64,000 bases of DNA from the NCBI GenBank assembly GCA_964016885.1, contig OZ024762.1, positions 27,962,001-28,026,000 of the forward strand, in the 5' to 3' direction. The notes below the pieces were generated by a model. The model saw nothing but the letters and a program-made list of their open reading frames with translations, had not been told where the DNA came from and searched no databases. The position numbers were made by a program, and so were the translations under genes. Origin of the DNA: Eledone cirrhosa (lineage: Eukaryota). Of the stretch, positions 25,487-40,361 are shown in pieces (the first letter of the stretch is position 1; every line of letters begins with the position of its first letter).

Positions 25487-28400
25487 ACATCCCTATAGGA
25501 AGTAGGCAGTGACATCCCTATAGGAAGTAGGCAGCGACATCTCTATAGGAAGTAGGCAGTGACATCCCTATAGGAAGTAGGCAGTGACATCTCTATAGGA
25601 AGTAGGCAGTGACATCCCTATAGGAAGTAGGCAGTGACATCCCTATAGGAAGTAGGCAGTGACATCTCTATAGGAAGTAGGCAGTGACATCTCTATAGGA
25701 AGTAGGCAGCGACATCCCTATAGGAAGTAGGGAGTGACATCCCTATAGGAAGTAGGCAGTGACATCCCTATAGGAAGTAGGCAGCGACATCCCTATAGGA
25801 AGTAGGCAGTGACATCCCTATAGGAAGTAGGCAGTGACATCTCTATAGGAAGTAGGGAGTGACATCTCTATAGGAAGTAGGGAGTGACATCCCTATAGGA
25901 AGTAGGGAGTGACATCCCTATAGGAAGTAGGGAGTGACATCCCTATAGGAAGTAGGGAGTGACATCCCTATAGGAAGTAGGCAGCGACATCTCTATAGGA
26001 AGTAGGGAGTGACATCCCTATAGGAAGTAGGCAGTGACATCTCTATAGGAAGTAGGGAGTGACGTCCCTATAGGAAGTAGGCAGTGACATCCCTATAGGA
26101 AGTAGGGAGTGACATCTCTATAGGAAGTAGGCAGTGACGTCTCTATAGGAAGTAGGCAGTGACATCCCTATAGGAAGTAGGGAGTGACATCCCTATAGGA
26201 AGTAGGGAGTGACATCTCTATAGGAAGTAGGCAGTGACATCCCTATAGGAAGTAGGGAGTGACATCCCTATAGGAAGTAGGGAGTGACATCCCTATAGGA
26301 AGTAGGGAGTGACATCCCTATAGGAAGTAGGCAGCGACATCCCTATAGGAAGTAGGCAGTGACATCTCTATAGGAAGTAGGCAGTGACATCCCTATAGGA
26401 AGTAGGCAGTGACATCCCTATAGGAAGTAGGCAGTGACATCTCTATAGGAAGTAGGCAGTGACATCTCTATAGGAAGTAGGGAGTGACATCCCTATAGGA
26501 AGTAGGCAGTGACATCCCTATAGGAAGTAGGCAGCGACATCTCTATAGGAAGTAGGCAGCGACATCTCTATAGGAAGTAGGGAGTGACATCCCTATAGGA
26601 AGTAGGCAGTGACATCCCTATAGGAAGTAGGCAGCGACATCTCTATAGGAAGTAGGGAGTGACATCCCTATAGGAAGTAGGCAGTGACATCCCTATAGGA
26701 AGTAGGCAGCGACATCTCTATAGGAAGTAGGGAGTGACATCCCTATAGGAAGTAGGCAGTGACATCCCTATAGGAAGTAGGGAGTGACATCTCTATAGGA
26801 AGTAGGCAGTGACATCCCTATAGGAAGTAGGCAGTGACATCTCTATAGGAAGTAGGGAGTGACATCCCTATAGGAAGTAGGCAGTGACATCTCTATAGGA
26901 AGTAGGGAGTGACATCCCTATAGGAAGTAGGCAGCGACATCTCTATAGGAAGTAGGCAGTGACATCCCTATAGGAAGTAGGCAGTGACGTCTCTATAGGA
27001 AGTAGGGAGTGACATCCCTATAGGAAGTAGGCAGTGACATCCCTATAGGAAGTAGGCAGTGACATCCCTATAGGAAGTAGGCAGTGACATCTCTATAGGA
27101 AGTAGGCAGTGACATCCCTATAGGAAGTAGGCAGTGACATCTCTATAGGAAGTAGGGAGTGACATCCCTATAGGAAGTAGGCAGTGACGTCTCTATAGGA
27201 AGTAGGGAGTGACATCCCTATAGGAAGTAGGCAGTGACATCCCTATAGGAAGTAGGCAGTGACATCCCTATAGGAAGTAGGGAGTGACATCTCTATAGGA
27301 AGTAGGGAGTGACGTCTCTATAGGAAGTAGGGAGTGACATCCCTATAGGAAGTAGGGAGTGACGTCTCTATAGGAAGTAGGGAGTGACATCTCTATAGGA
27401 AGTAGGCAGCGACATCTCTATAGGAAGTAGGCAGTGACATCCCTATAGGAAGTAGGCAGTGACATCCCTATAGGAAGTAGGGAGTGACATCCCTATAGGA
27501 AGTAGGCAGTGACATCTCTATAGGAAGTAGGCAGTGACATCCCTATAGGAAGTAGGCAGTGACGTCCCTATAGGAAGTAGGGAGTGACATCCCTATAGGA
27601 AGTAGGGAGTGACATCCCTATAGGAAGTAGGCAGTGACATCTCTATAGGAAGTAGGGAGTGACATCCCTATAGGAAGTAGGGAGTGACATCCCTATAGGA
27701 AGTAGGCAGCGACGTCTCTATAGGAAGTAGGGAGTGACATCCCTATAGGAAGTAGGGAGTGACATCCCTATAGGAAGTAGGCAGTGACATCTCTATAGGA
27801 AGTAGGGAGTGACATCTCTATAGGAAGTAGGGAGTGACGTCTCTATAGGAAGTAGGGAGTGACATCCCTATAGGAAGTAGGGAGTGACGTCTCTATAGGA
27901 AGTAGGCAGTGACATCTCTATAGGAAGTAGGGAGTGACATCTCTATAGGAAGTAGGCAGTGACATCCCTATAGGAAGTAGGCAGTGACATCCCTATAGGA
28001 AGTAGGGAGTGACATCCCTATAGGAAGTAGGGAGTGACATCCCTATAGGAAGTAGGCAGTGACATCTCTATAGGAAGTAGGGAGTGACGTCTCTATAGGA
28101 AGTAGGCAGTGACATCCCTATAGGAAGTAGGGAGTGACATCCCTATAGGAAGTAGGGAGTGACATCCCTATAGGAAGTAGGGAGTGACATCCCTATAGGA
28201 AGTAGGGAGTGACATCCCTATAGGAAGTAGGGAGTGACATCCCTATAGGAAGTAGGGAGTGACATCCCTATAGGAAGTAGGGAGTGACATCTCTATAGGA
28301 AGTAGGGAGTGACATCTCTATAGGAAGTAGGCAGCGACGTCTCTATAGGAAGTAGGGAGTGACATCCCTATAGGAAGTAGGGAGTGACATCCCTATAGGA

Positions 28401-31400
28401 AGTAGGCAGCGACGTCTCTATAGGAAGTAGGGAGTGACATCCCTATAGGAAGTAGGGAGTGACATCCCTATAGGAAGTAGGCAGTGACATCTCTATAGGA
28501 AGTAGGGAGTGACATCCCTATAGGAAGTAGGGAGTGACGTCCCTATAGGAAGTAGGGAGTGACATCCCTATAGGAAGTAGGGAGTGACATCTCTATAGGA
28601 AGTAGGGAGTGACATCTCTATAGGAAGTAGGCAGCGACGTCTCTATAGGAAGTAGGGAGTGACATCCCTATAGGAAGTAGGGAGTGACATCCCTATAGGA
28701 AGTAGGCAGCGACGTCTCTATAGGAAGTAGGGAGTGACATCCCTATAGGAAGTAGGGAGTGACATCCCTATAGGAAGTAGGCAGTGACATCTCTATAGGA
28801 AGTAGGGAGTGACATCCCTATAGGAAGTAGGGAGTGACATCCCTATAGGAAGTAGGCAGCGACGTCTCTATAGGAAGTAGGCAGTGACATCCCTATAGGA
28901 AGTAGGCAGTGACATCCCTATAGGAAGTAGGGAGTGACATCCCTATAGGAAGTAGGGAGTGACATCCCTATAGGAAGTAGGCAGTGACATTCCTATAGGA
29001 AGTAGGCAGTGACATCTCTATAGGAAGTAGGGAGTGACATCCCTATAGGAAGTAGGCAGTGACATCCCTATAGGAAGTAGGCAGTGACATCTCTATAGGA
29101 AGTAGGGAGTGACATCCCTATAGGAAGTAGGGAGTGACATCCCTATAGGAAGTAGGGAGTGACATCCCTATAGGAAGTAGGCAGTGACATCCCTATAGGA
29201 AGTAGGCAGTGACATCTCTATAGGAAGTAGGGAGTGACATCCCTATAGGAAGTAGGGAGTGACATCCCTATAGGAAGTAGGGAGTGACATCCCTATAGGA
29301 AGTAGGGAGTGACATCCCTATAGGAAGTAGGCAGTGACATCCCTATAGGAAGTAGGCAGTGACATCTCTATAGGAAGTAGGCAGTGACGTCTCTATAGGA
29401 AGTAGGGAGTGACATCCCTATAGGAAGTAGGGAGTGACATCCCTATAGGAAGTAGGCAGTGACATCCCTATAGGAAGTAGGGAGTGACATCCCTATAGGA
29501 AGTAGGCAGTGACGTCTCTATAGGAAGTAGGGAGTGACATCTCTATAGGAAGTAGGCAGCGACATCTCTATAGGAAGTAGGCAGCGACGTCTCTATAGGA
29601 AGTAGGCAGTGACATCCCTATAGGAAGTAGGGAGTGACATCTCTATAGGAAGTAGGGAGTGACATCTCTATAGGAAGTAGGGAGTGACATCTCTATAGGA
29701 AGTAGGGAGTGACATCCCTATAGGAAGTAGGCAGTGACATCCCTATAGGAAGTAGGCAGTGACATCCCTATAGGAAGTAGGGAGTGACATCTCTATAGGA
29801 AGTAGGGAGTGACATCCCTATAGGAAGTAGGCAGCGACGTCTCTATAGGAAGTAGGCAGTGACATCCCTATAGGAAGTAGGCAGTGACATCCCTATAGGA
29901 AGTAGGCAGTGACATCTCTATAGGAAGTAGGGAGTGACATCCCTATAGGAAGTAGGGAGTGACATCCCTATAGGAAGTAGGGAGTGACATCCCTATAGGA
30001 AGTAGGGAGTGACATCTCTATAGGAAGTAGGGAGTGACGTCCCTATAGGAAGTAGGGAGTGACATCCCTATAGGAAGTAGGCAGTGACGTCTCTATAGGA
30101 AGTAGGGAGTGACATCCCTATAGGAAGTAGGGAGTGACGTCCCTATAGGAAGTAGGGAGTGACATCTCTATAGGAAGTAGGCAGTGACGTCTCTATAGGA
30201 AGTAGGGAGTGACATCCCTATAGGAAGTAGGCAGTGACGTCTCTATAGGAAGTAGGCAGTGACGTCTCTATAGGAAGTAGGCAGTGACATCCCTATAGGA
30301 AGTAGGGAGTGACATCCCTATAGGAAGTAGGCAGCGACGTCTCTATAGGAAGTAGGCAGCGACATCCCTATAGGAAGTAGGCAGCGACGTCTCTATAGGA
30401 AGTAGGCAGCGACATCCCTATAGGAAGTAGGGAGTGACATCCCTATAGGAAGTAGGCAGTGACATCCCTATAGGAAGTAGGCAGCGACATCCCTATAGGA
30501 AGTAGGGAGTGACATCCCTATAGGAAGTAGGCAGTGACATCCCTATAGGAAGTAGGCAGCGACGTCTCTATAGGAAGTAGGCAGCGACATCCCTATAGGA
30601 AGTAGGGAGTGACATCCCTATAGGAAGTAGGCAGCGACGTCTCTATAGGAAGTAGGCAGCGACATCCCTATAGGAAGTAGGGAGTGACATCCCTATAGGA
30701 AGTAGGCAGCGACGTCTCTATAGGAAGTAGGCAGCGACATCCCTATAGGAAGTAGGGAGTGACATCTCTATAGGAAGTAGGCAGCGACATCTCTATAGGA
30801 AGTAGGGAGTGACATCTCTATAGGAAGTAGGGAGTGACATCCCTATAGGAAGTAGGGAGTGACATCTCTATAGGAAGTAGGGAGTGACATCCCTATAGGA
30901 AGTAGGCAGCGACATCTCTATAGGAAGTAGGCAGCGACGTCTCTATAGGAAGTAGGCAGCGACATCCCTATAGGAAGTAGGCAGTGACGTCTCTATAGGA
31001 AGTAGGGAGTGACATCCCTATAGGAAGTAGGCAGTGACATCCCTATAGGAAGTAGGCAGCGACGTCTCTATAGGAAGTAGGGAGTGACATCCCTATAGGA
31101 AGTAGGCAGTGACATCCCTATAGGAAGTAGGCAGCGACGTCTCTATAGGAAGTAGGGAGTGACATCCCTATAGGAAGTAGGCAGTGACATCCCTATAGGA
31201 AGTAGGCAGCGACGTCTCTATAGGAAGTAGGCAGCGACATCCCTATAGGAAGTAGGGAGTGACATCCCTATAGGAAGTAGGCAGTGACGTCTCTATAGGA
31301 AGTAGGCAGTGACATCCCTATAGGAAGTAGGCAGCGACATCCCTATAGGAAGTAGGCAGCGACATCTCTATAGGAAGTAGGGAGTGACATCCCTATAGGA

Positions 31401-34400
31401 AGTAGGCAGCGACGTCTCTATAGGAAGTAGGGAGTGACATCCCTATAGGAAGTAGGGAGTGACATCCCTATAGGAAGTAGGCAGCGACGTCTCTATAGGA
31501 AGTAGGCAGTGACATCTCTATAGGAAGTAGGCAGCGACATCTCTATAGGAAGTAGGGAGTGACATCTCTATAGGAAGTAGGCAGTGACGTCTCTATAGGA
31601 AGTAGGCAGTGACATCCCTATAGGAAGTAGGGAGTGACATCTCTATAGGAAGTAGGGAGTGACATCTCTATAGGAAGTAGGCAGCGACATCTCTATAGGA
31701 AGTAGGGAGTGACATCTCTATAGGAAGTAGGGAGTGACATCCCTATAGGAAGTAGGCAGCGACATCTCTATAGGAAGTAGGGAGTGACATCTCTATAGGA
31801 AGTAGGCAGCGACATCTCTATAGGAAGTAGGGAGTGACATCTCTATAGGAAGTAGGGAGTGACATCCCTATAGGAAGTAGGGAGTGACATCTCTATAGGA
31901 AGTAGGGAGTGACATCCCTATAGGAAGTAGGGAGTGACATCTCTATAGGAAGTAGGGAGTGACATCCCTATAGGAAGTAGGGAGCGACATCTCTATAGGA
32001 AGTAGGGAGTGACATCCCTATAGGAAGTAGGCAGTGACATCCCTATAGGAAGTAGGGAGCGACATCTCTATAGGAAGTAGGGAGTGACATCTCTATAGGA
32101 AGTAGGGAGTGACATCTCTATAGGAAGTAGGGAGTGACATCTCTATAGGAAGTAGGCAGTGACGTCTCTATAGGAAGTAGGCAGTGACATCCCTATAGGA
32201 AGTAGGCAGTGACGTCCCTATAGGAAGTAGGGAGTGACATCCCTATAGGAAGTAGGCAGTGACGTCTCTATAGGAAGTAGGCAGTGACGTCTCTATAGGA
32301 AGTAGGCAGTGACATCCCTATAGGAAGTAGGCAGTGACGTCTCTATAGGAAGTAGGCAGTGACGTCTCTATAGGAAGTAGGCAGTGACGTCTCTATAGGA
32401 AGTAGGCAGTGACATCCCTATAGGAAGTAGGGAGTGACATCCCTATAGGAAGTAGGCAGCGACATCTCTATAGGAATTAGGGAGTGACATCCCTATAGGA
32501 AGTAGGCAGTGACGTCTCTATAGGAAGTAGGGAGTGACATCCCTATAGGAAGTAGGGAGTGACATCCCTATAGGAAGTAGGGAGTGACATCCCTATAGGA
32601 AGTACGGAGTGACATCTCTATAGGAAGTAGGGAGTGACATCCCTATAGGAAGTAGGCAGCGACATCTCTATAGGAAGTAGGGAGTGACATCCCTATAGGA
32701 AGTAGGCAGTGACATCCCTATAGGAAGTAGGGAGTGACGTCTCTATAGGAAGTAGGGAGTGACATCGCTATAGGAAGTAGGCAGTGACATCCCTATAGGA
32801 AGTATGCAGTGACATCCCTATAGGAAGTAGGGAGTGACATCTCTATAGGAAGTAGGCAGTGACATCTCTATAGGAAGTAGGCAGTGACATCTCTATAGGA
32901 AGTAGGCAGTGACATCCCTATAGGAAGTAGGGAGTGACATCCCTATAGGAAGTAGGCAGCGACGTCTCTATAGGAAGTAGGGAGTGACATCGCTATAGGA
33001 AGTAGGCAGTGACATCCCTATAGGAAGTAGGCAGTGACATCCCTATAGGAAGTAGGGAGTGACATCCCTATAGGAAGTAGGCAGCGACGTCTCTATAGGA
33101 AGTAGGGAGTGACATCGCTATAGGAAGTAGGCAGTGACATCCCTATAGGAAGTAGGCAGTGACATCTCTATAGGAAGTAGGCAGTGACATCTCTATAGGA
33201 AGTAGGCAGTGACATCTCTATAGGAAGTAGGCAGTGACGTCTCTATAGGAAGTAGGGAGTGACATCCCTATAGGAAGTAGGCAGTGACATCCCTATAGGA
33301 AGTAGGCAGCGACATCCCTATAGGAAGTAGGCAGTGACATCTCTATAGGAAGTAGGGAGTGACGTCTCTATAGGAAGTAGGGAGTGACGTCTCTATAGGA
33401 AGTAGGGAGTGACATCCCTATAGGAAGTAGGCAGTGACATCCCTATAGGAAGTAGGCAGCGACATCCCTATAGGAAGTAGGCAGTGACATCTCTATAGGA
33501 AGTAGGGAGTGACATCCCTATAGGAAGTAGGCAGCGACATCCCTATAGGAAGTAGGCAGTGACATCCCTATAGGAAGTAGGCAGCGACATCCCTATAGGA
33601 AGTAGGCAGTGACATCTCTATAGGAAGTAGGCAGCGACGTCTCTATAGGAAGTAGGGAGTGACATCCCTATAGGAAGTAGGCAGTGACGTCTCTATAGGA
33701 AGTAGGCAGTGACATCCCTATAGGAAGTAGGGAGTGACGTCTCTATAGGAAGTAGGGAGTGACGTCTCTATAGGAAGTAGGGAGTGACATCCCTATAGGA
33801 AGTAGGGAGTGACATCCCTATAGGAAGTAGGCAGTGACATCCCTATAGGAAGTAGGCAGTGACATCTCTATAGGAAGTAGGGAGTGACGTCTCTATAGGA
33901 AGTAGGGAGTGACATCCCTATAGGAAGTAGGCAGTGACGTCTCTATAGGAAGTAGGGAGTGACATCCCTATAGGAAGTAGGGAGTGACATCCCTATAGGA
34001 AGTAGGCAGTGACATCCCTATAGGAAGTAGGCAGTGACGTCTCTATAGGAAGTAGGCAGTGACGTCTCTATAGGAAGTAGGGAGTGACATCCCTATAGGA
34101 AGTAGGCAGTGACGTCTCTATAGGAAGTAGGCAGCGACATCTCTATAGGAAGTAGGCAGTGACATCCCTATAGGAAGTAGGCAGTGACGTCTCTATAGGA
34201 AGTAGGCAGCGACATCTCTATAGGAAGTAGGCAGTGACATCCCTATAGGAAGTAGGCAGTGACGTCTCTATAGGAAGTAGGCAGCGACATCTCTATAGGA
34301 AGTAGGCAGTGACATCCCTATAGGAAGTAGGCAGTGACGTCTCTATAGGAAGTAGGCAGTGACATCCCTATAGGAAGTAGGCAGTGACGTCTCTATAGGA

Positions 34401-37400
34401 AGTAGGGAGTGACATCCCTATAGGAAGTAGGCAGTGACATCTCTATAGGAAGTAGGGAGTGACATCCCTATAGGAAGTAGGGAGTGACATCCCTATAGGA
34501 AGTAGGCAGTGACGTCTCTATAGGAAGTAGGGAGTGACATCCCTATAGGAAGTAGGCAGTGACATCCCTATAGGAAGTAGGCAGTGACGTCTCTATAGGA
34601 AGTAGGGAGTGACGTCTCTATAGGAAGTAGGCAGTGACATCTCTATAGGAAGTAGGCAGTGACATCCCTATAGGAAGTAGGGAGTGACATCCCTATAGGA
34701 AGTAGGCAGTGACATCCCTATAGGAAGTAGGCAGTGACATCCCTATAGGAAGTAGGCAGTGACATCCCTATAGGAAGTAGGCAGTGACATCTCTATAGGA
34801 AGTAGGCAGCGACATCTCTATAGGAAGTAGGCAGCGACATCTCTATAGGAAGTAGGGAGTGACATCTCTATAGGAAGTAGGCAGTGACATCTCTATAGGA
34901 AGTAGGGAGTGACATCTCTATAGGAAGTAGGCAGTGACATCCCTATAGGAAGTAGGGAGTGACATCCCTATAGGAAGTAGGCAGTGACGTCTCTATAGGA
35001 AGTAGGCAGCGACGTCTCTATAGGAAGTAGGCAGTGACGTCTCTATAGGAAGTAGGGAGTGACATCTCTATAGGAAGTAGGGAGTGACATCTCTATAGGA
35101 AGTAGGCAGTGACATCTCTATAGGAAGTAGGCAGCGACATCTCTATAGGAAGTAGGGAGTGACATCCCTATAGGAAGTAGGCAGTGACGTCTCTATAGGA
35201 AGTAGGCAGCGACATCTCTATAGGAAGTAGGGAGTGACATCTCTATAGGAAGTAGGCAGTGACATCTCTATAGGAAGTAGGGAGTGACATCTCTATAGGA
35301 AGTAGGCAGTGACATCCCTATAGGAAGTAGGGAGTGACATCCCTATAGGAAGTAGGCAGTGACATCCCTATAGGAAGTAGGGAGTGACATCCCTATAGGA
35401 AGTAGGCAGTGACGTCTCTATAGGAAGTAGGCAGCGACGTCTCTATAGGAAGTAGGCAGTGACGTCTCTATAGGAAGTAGGGAGTGACATCTCTATAGGA
35501 AGTAGGGAGTGACATCTCTATAGGAAGTAGGCAGTGACATCTCTATAGGAAGTAGGCAGCGACATCTCTATAGGAAGTAGGGAGTGACATCCCTATAGGA
35601 AGTAGGCAGTGACGTCTCTATAGGAAGTAGGCAGCGACATCTCTATAGGAAGTAGGGAGTGACATCTCTATAGGAAGTAGGCAGTGACATCTCTATAGGA
35701 AGTAGGGAGTGACATCTCTATAGGAAGTAGGCAGTGACATCCCTATAGGAAGTAGGCAGTGACATCCCTATAGGAAGTAGGCAGTGACATCTCTATAGGA
35801 AGTAGGCAGTGACATCCCTATAGGAAGTAGGCAGTGACGTCCCTATAGGAAGTAGGGAGTGACATCTCTATAGGAAGTAGGCAGTGACATCCCTATAGGA
35901 AGTAGGGAGTGACATCCCTATAGGAAGTAGGGAGTGACATCCCTATAGGAAGTAGGCAGTGACATCTCTATAGGAAGTAGGGAGTGACATCCCTATAGGA
36001 AGTAGGCAGTGACATCCCTATAGGAAGTAGGGAGTGACATGCCTATAGGAAGTAGGGAGTGACGTCTCTATAGGAAGTAGGCAGTGACATCCCTATAGGA
36101 AGTAGGCAGTGACGTCCCTATAGGAAGTAGGCAGTGACATCCCTATAGGAAGTAGGGAGTGACATCCCTATAGGAAGTAGGGAGTGACATCCCTATAGGA
36201 AGTAGGCAGTGACATCCCTATAGGAAGTAGGGAGTGACATCCCTATAGGAAGTAGGGAGTGACATCCCTATAGGAAGTAGGCAGTGACATCCCTATAGGA
36301 AGTAGGGAGTGACATCCCTATAGGAAGTAGGGAGTGACATCCCTATAGGAAGTAGGCAGTGACATCTCTATAGGAAGTAGGGAGTGACATCCCTATAGGA
36401 AGTAGGCAGTGACATCCCTATAGGAAGTAGGGAGTGACATGCCTATAGGAAGTAGGGAGTGACGTCTCTATAGGAAGTAGGCAGCGACATCTCTATAGGA
36501 AGTAGGCAGCGACATCCCTATAGGAAGTAGGGAGTGACATCCCTATAGGAAGTAGGCAGTGACATCCCTATAGGAAGTAGGGAGTGACATCCCTATAGGA
36601 AGTAGGCAGTGACATCCCTATAGGAAGTAGGCAGTGACATCCCTATAGGAAGTAGGCAGTGACATCCCTATAGGAAGTAGGCAGTGACATCCCTATAGGA
36701 AGTAGGGAGTGACATCCCTATAGGAAGTAGGGAGTGACGTCTCTATAGGAAGTAGGCAGCGACATCTCTATAGGAAGTAGGGAGTGACATCTCTATAGGA
36801 AGTAGGCAGTGACATCCCTATAGGAAGTAGGCAGTGACATCTCTATAGGAAGTAGGCAGTGACGTCTCTATAGGAAGTAGGCAGTGACATCCCTATAGGA
36901 AGTAGGCAGCGACATCTCTATAGGAAGTAGGCAGTGACATCCCTATAGGAAGTAGGCAGTGACATCTCTATAGGAAGTAGGCAGTGACGTCTCTATAGGA
37001 AGTAGGCAGTGACATCTCTATAGGAAGTAGGGAGTGACATCTCTATAGGAAGTAGGCAGTGACATCCCTATAGGAAGTAGGCAGCGACATCCCTATAGGA
37101 AGTAGGCAGTGACATCCCTATAGGAAGTAGGCAGTGACATCTCTATAGGAAGTAGGCAGTGACATCCCTATAGGAAGTAGGCAGCGACATCCCTATAGGA
37201 AGTAGGCAGTGACATCTCTATAGGAAGTAGGCAGTGACATCCCTATAGGAAGTAGGCAGCGACATCTCTATAGGAAGTAGGCAGTGACGTCTCTATAGGA
37301 AGTAGGGAGTGACATCCCTATAGGAAGTAGGCAGTGACATCCCTATAGGAAGTAGGCAGTGACATCTCTATAGGAAGTAGGCAGTGACATCCCTATAGGA

Positions 37401-39437
37401 AGTAGGCAGTGACATCTCTATAGGAAGTAGGCAGTGACGTCTCTATAGGAAGTAGGCAGTGACATCTCTATAGGAAGTAGGCAGTGACATCCCTATAGGA
37501 AGTAGGCAGCGACATCCCTATAGGAAGTAGGCAGTGACATCTCTATAGGAAGTAGGCAGTGACGTCTCTATAGGAAGTAGGCAGTGACATCCCTATAGGA
37601 AGTAGGCAGTGACGTCTCTATAGGAAGTAGGCAGTGACATCTCTATAGGAAGTAGGCAGTGACGTCCCTATAGGAAGTAGGCAGCGACGTCTCTATAGGA
37701 AGTAGGCAGTGACATCCCTATAGGAAGTAGGCAGTGACATCTCTATAGGAAGTAGGCAGTGACATCCCTATAGGAAGTAGGCAGCGACATCTCTATAGGA
37801 AGTAGGCAGTGACATCCCTATAGGAAGTAGGCAGCGACATCCCTATAGGAAGTAGGGAGTGACATCCCTATAGGAAGTAGGCAGTGACATCTCTATAGGA
37901 AGTAGGCAGTGACATCCCTATAGGAAGTAGGCAGCGACATCTCTATAGGAAGTAGGCAGTGACATCCCTATAGGAAGTAGGCAGCGACATCCCTATAGGA
38001 AGTAGGGAGTGACATCCCTATAGGAAGTAGGCAGTGACATCTCTATAGGAAGTAGGCAGTGACATCCCTATAGGAAGTAGGCAGCGACATCTCTATAGGA
38101 AGTAGGCAGTGACATCCCTATAGGCAGTAGGGAGTGACATCCCTATAGGAAGTAGGGAGTGACATCTCTATAGGAAGTAGGCAGTGACATCCCTATAGGA
38201 AGTAGGCAGTGACGTCTCTATAGGAAGTAGGGAGTGACATCTCTATAGGAAGTAGGCAGTGACGTCTCTATAGGAAGTAGGGAGTGACATCCCTATAGGA
38301 AGTAGGCAGCGACGTCTCTATAGGAAGTAGGGAGTGACATCTCTATAGGAAGTAGGCAGTGACATCCCTATAGGAAGTAGGCAGTGACATCTCTATAGGA
38401 AGTAGGCAGTGACATCCCTATAGGAAGTAGGGAGTGACATCCCTATAGGAAGTAGGCAGTGACGTCTCTATAGGAAGTAGGCAGTGACATCCCTATAGGA
38501 AGTAGGCAGTGACATCCCTATAGGAAGTAGGCAGTGACATCTCTATAGGAAGTAGGGAGTGACATCTCTATAGGAAGTAGGGAGTGACATCTCTATAGGA
38601 AGTAGGCAGCGACATCCCTATAGGAAGTAGGCAGTGACATCCCTATAGGAAGTAGGGAGTGACATCCCTATAGGAAGTAGGCAGCGACATCCCTATAGGA
38701 AGTAGGCAGTGACATCCCTATAGGAAGTAGGGAGTGACATCCCTATAGGAAGTAGGCAGTGACATCCCTATAGGAAGTAGGGAGTGACATCCCTATAGGA
38801 AGTAGGCAGTGACGTCTCTATAGGAAGTAGGGAGTGACATCTCTATAGGAAGTAGGGAGTGACATCTCTATAGGAAGTAGGGAGTGACATCTCTATAGGA
38901 AGTAGGCAGCGACATCCCTATAGGAAGTAGGCAGCGACATCCCTATAGGAAGTAGGCAGTGACATCCCTATAGGAAGTAGGGAGTGACATCCCTATAGGA
39001 AGTAGGCAGTGACATCCCTATAGGAAGTAGGGAGTGACATCCCTATAGGAAGTAGGCAGTGACGTCTCTATAGGAAGTAGGGAGTGACATCCCTATAGGA
39101 AGTAGGCAGTGACATCCCTATAGGAAGTAGGGAGTGACATCCCTATAGGAAGTAGGCAGTGACATCCCTATAGGAAGTAGGCAGTGACGTCTCTATAGGA
39201 AGTAGGCAGTGACATCCCTATAGGAAGTAGGCAGTGACGTCTCTATAGGAAGTAGGCAGTGACATCCCTATAGGAAGTAGGCAGTGACGTCTCTATAGGA
39301 AGTAGGCAGTGACGTCTCTATAGGAAGTAGGCAGTGACATCCCTATAGGAAGTAGGCAGTGACGTCTCTATAGGAAGTAGGCAGTGACATCTCTATAGGA
39401 AGTAGGCAGTGACGTCTCTATAGGAAGTAGGCAGTGA
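25487..39437. repeat. 25-bp tandem satellite/VNTR, about 558 copies, GAC(A/G)TC(C/T)CTATAGGAAGTAGG(C/G)AG(T/C)
   Basis: Phase stays constant over 13.95 kb; variation is almost confined to four positions. Confidence 0.98.
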
Positions 39438-40361
39438 TGTGGCAGAGTTGTTAGAATGTCACATACAATCATTTCATTTCATTTCATTTTACGTCCGCTT
39501 TTTCCCTGCTTGCAAGGGTGGGACGGGAACTGATTCTGGCTTGATTTCTACAGCTGGATGCCCTCCCTAACACCAACCTCATTTACAGTGAGTGCTGGGT
39601 GCTTTTTTGCCGTGGCACCTCCACGACCACTTTACAGTGGAATGATAGGGACTGGGGTCCCTATCATCTCATTTCTACAGCTGAGTAAACTGGAGCAATG
39701 TGAAATAAAGTGTCTTGCTCAAGGAAACAACACATCACCCGGTCTGAGAATTGAACTCACAACCTTTCGATTGCAAGGCCAATGTTCTAACCACTAAGCT
39801 ATTTGCCTCCACAATGCTTTATGCTATTTGTTCCGGCTCTCCGCTCTCTGAGTTCAGATCCCGCCGAGGTCAACTTTACCTTTCGAGGTCGATAAATATT
39901 ATGATATACGTTTATCAAGGAATAAACTATCTGCAAGGCCATCTATAATGTTCACATCCTGCCAAGGTCAACTTTGCCTTTCATCCTTTCGAGGTCGATA
40001 AAAAATGTACCAGTCTAGTACTGGGGTTGATTCTTCCTCTATATCCCTTTCTCATTTCCTCTCTGTCACGCTCACCTCTCTCTCTCTCTCACACTCACTT
40101 CTCTCTCTCTCTCTCTCATGCTCACTTCTCTCTCTCTCTCACTCACTTCTCTCTCTCTCACACTCACTTCTCTCTTTCATGCTCTCTCTCTCTCTCTCTC
40201 TCTCCTTCTCTCCCTCTCTCCCTCTCTCACAAGGAAACTGACTGTTCTACCAGATTCAAAAAGTACCAGTCTAGTAGTACTGGGGTCAATTCTCCCTCTA
40301 TATCTCTTTCTCATTTCCTCTCTCTCACTTTCTACCTCTCCCTGGAAGAAATCTGCTGTAC

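Noticed and set aside
25487-39437. CRISPR-like array
   Set aside because: Units are head-to-tail with no unique spacers, no cas genes are present, and the context is eukaryotic.
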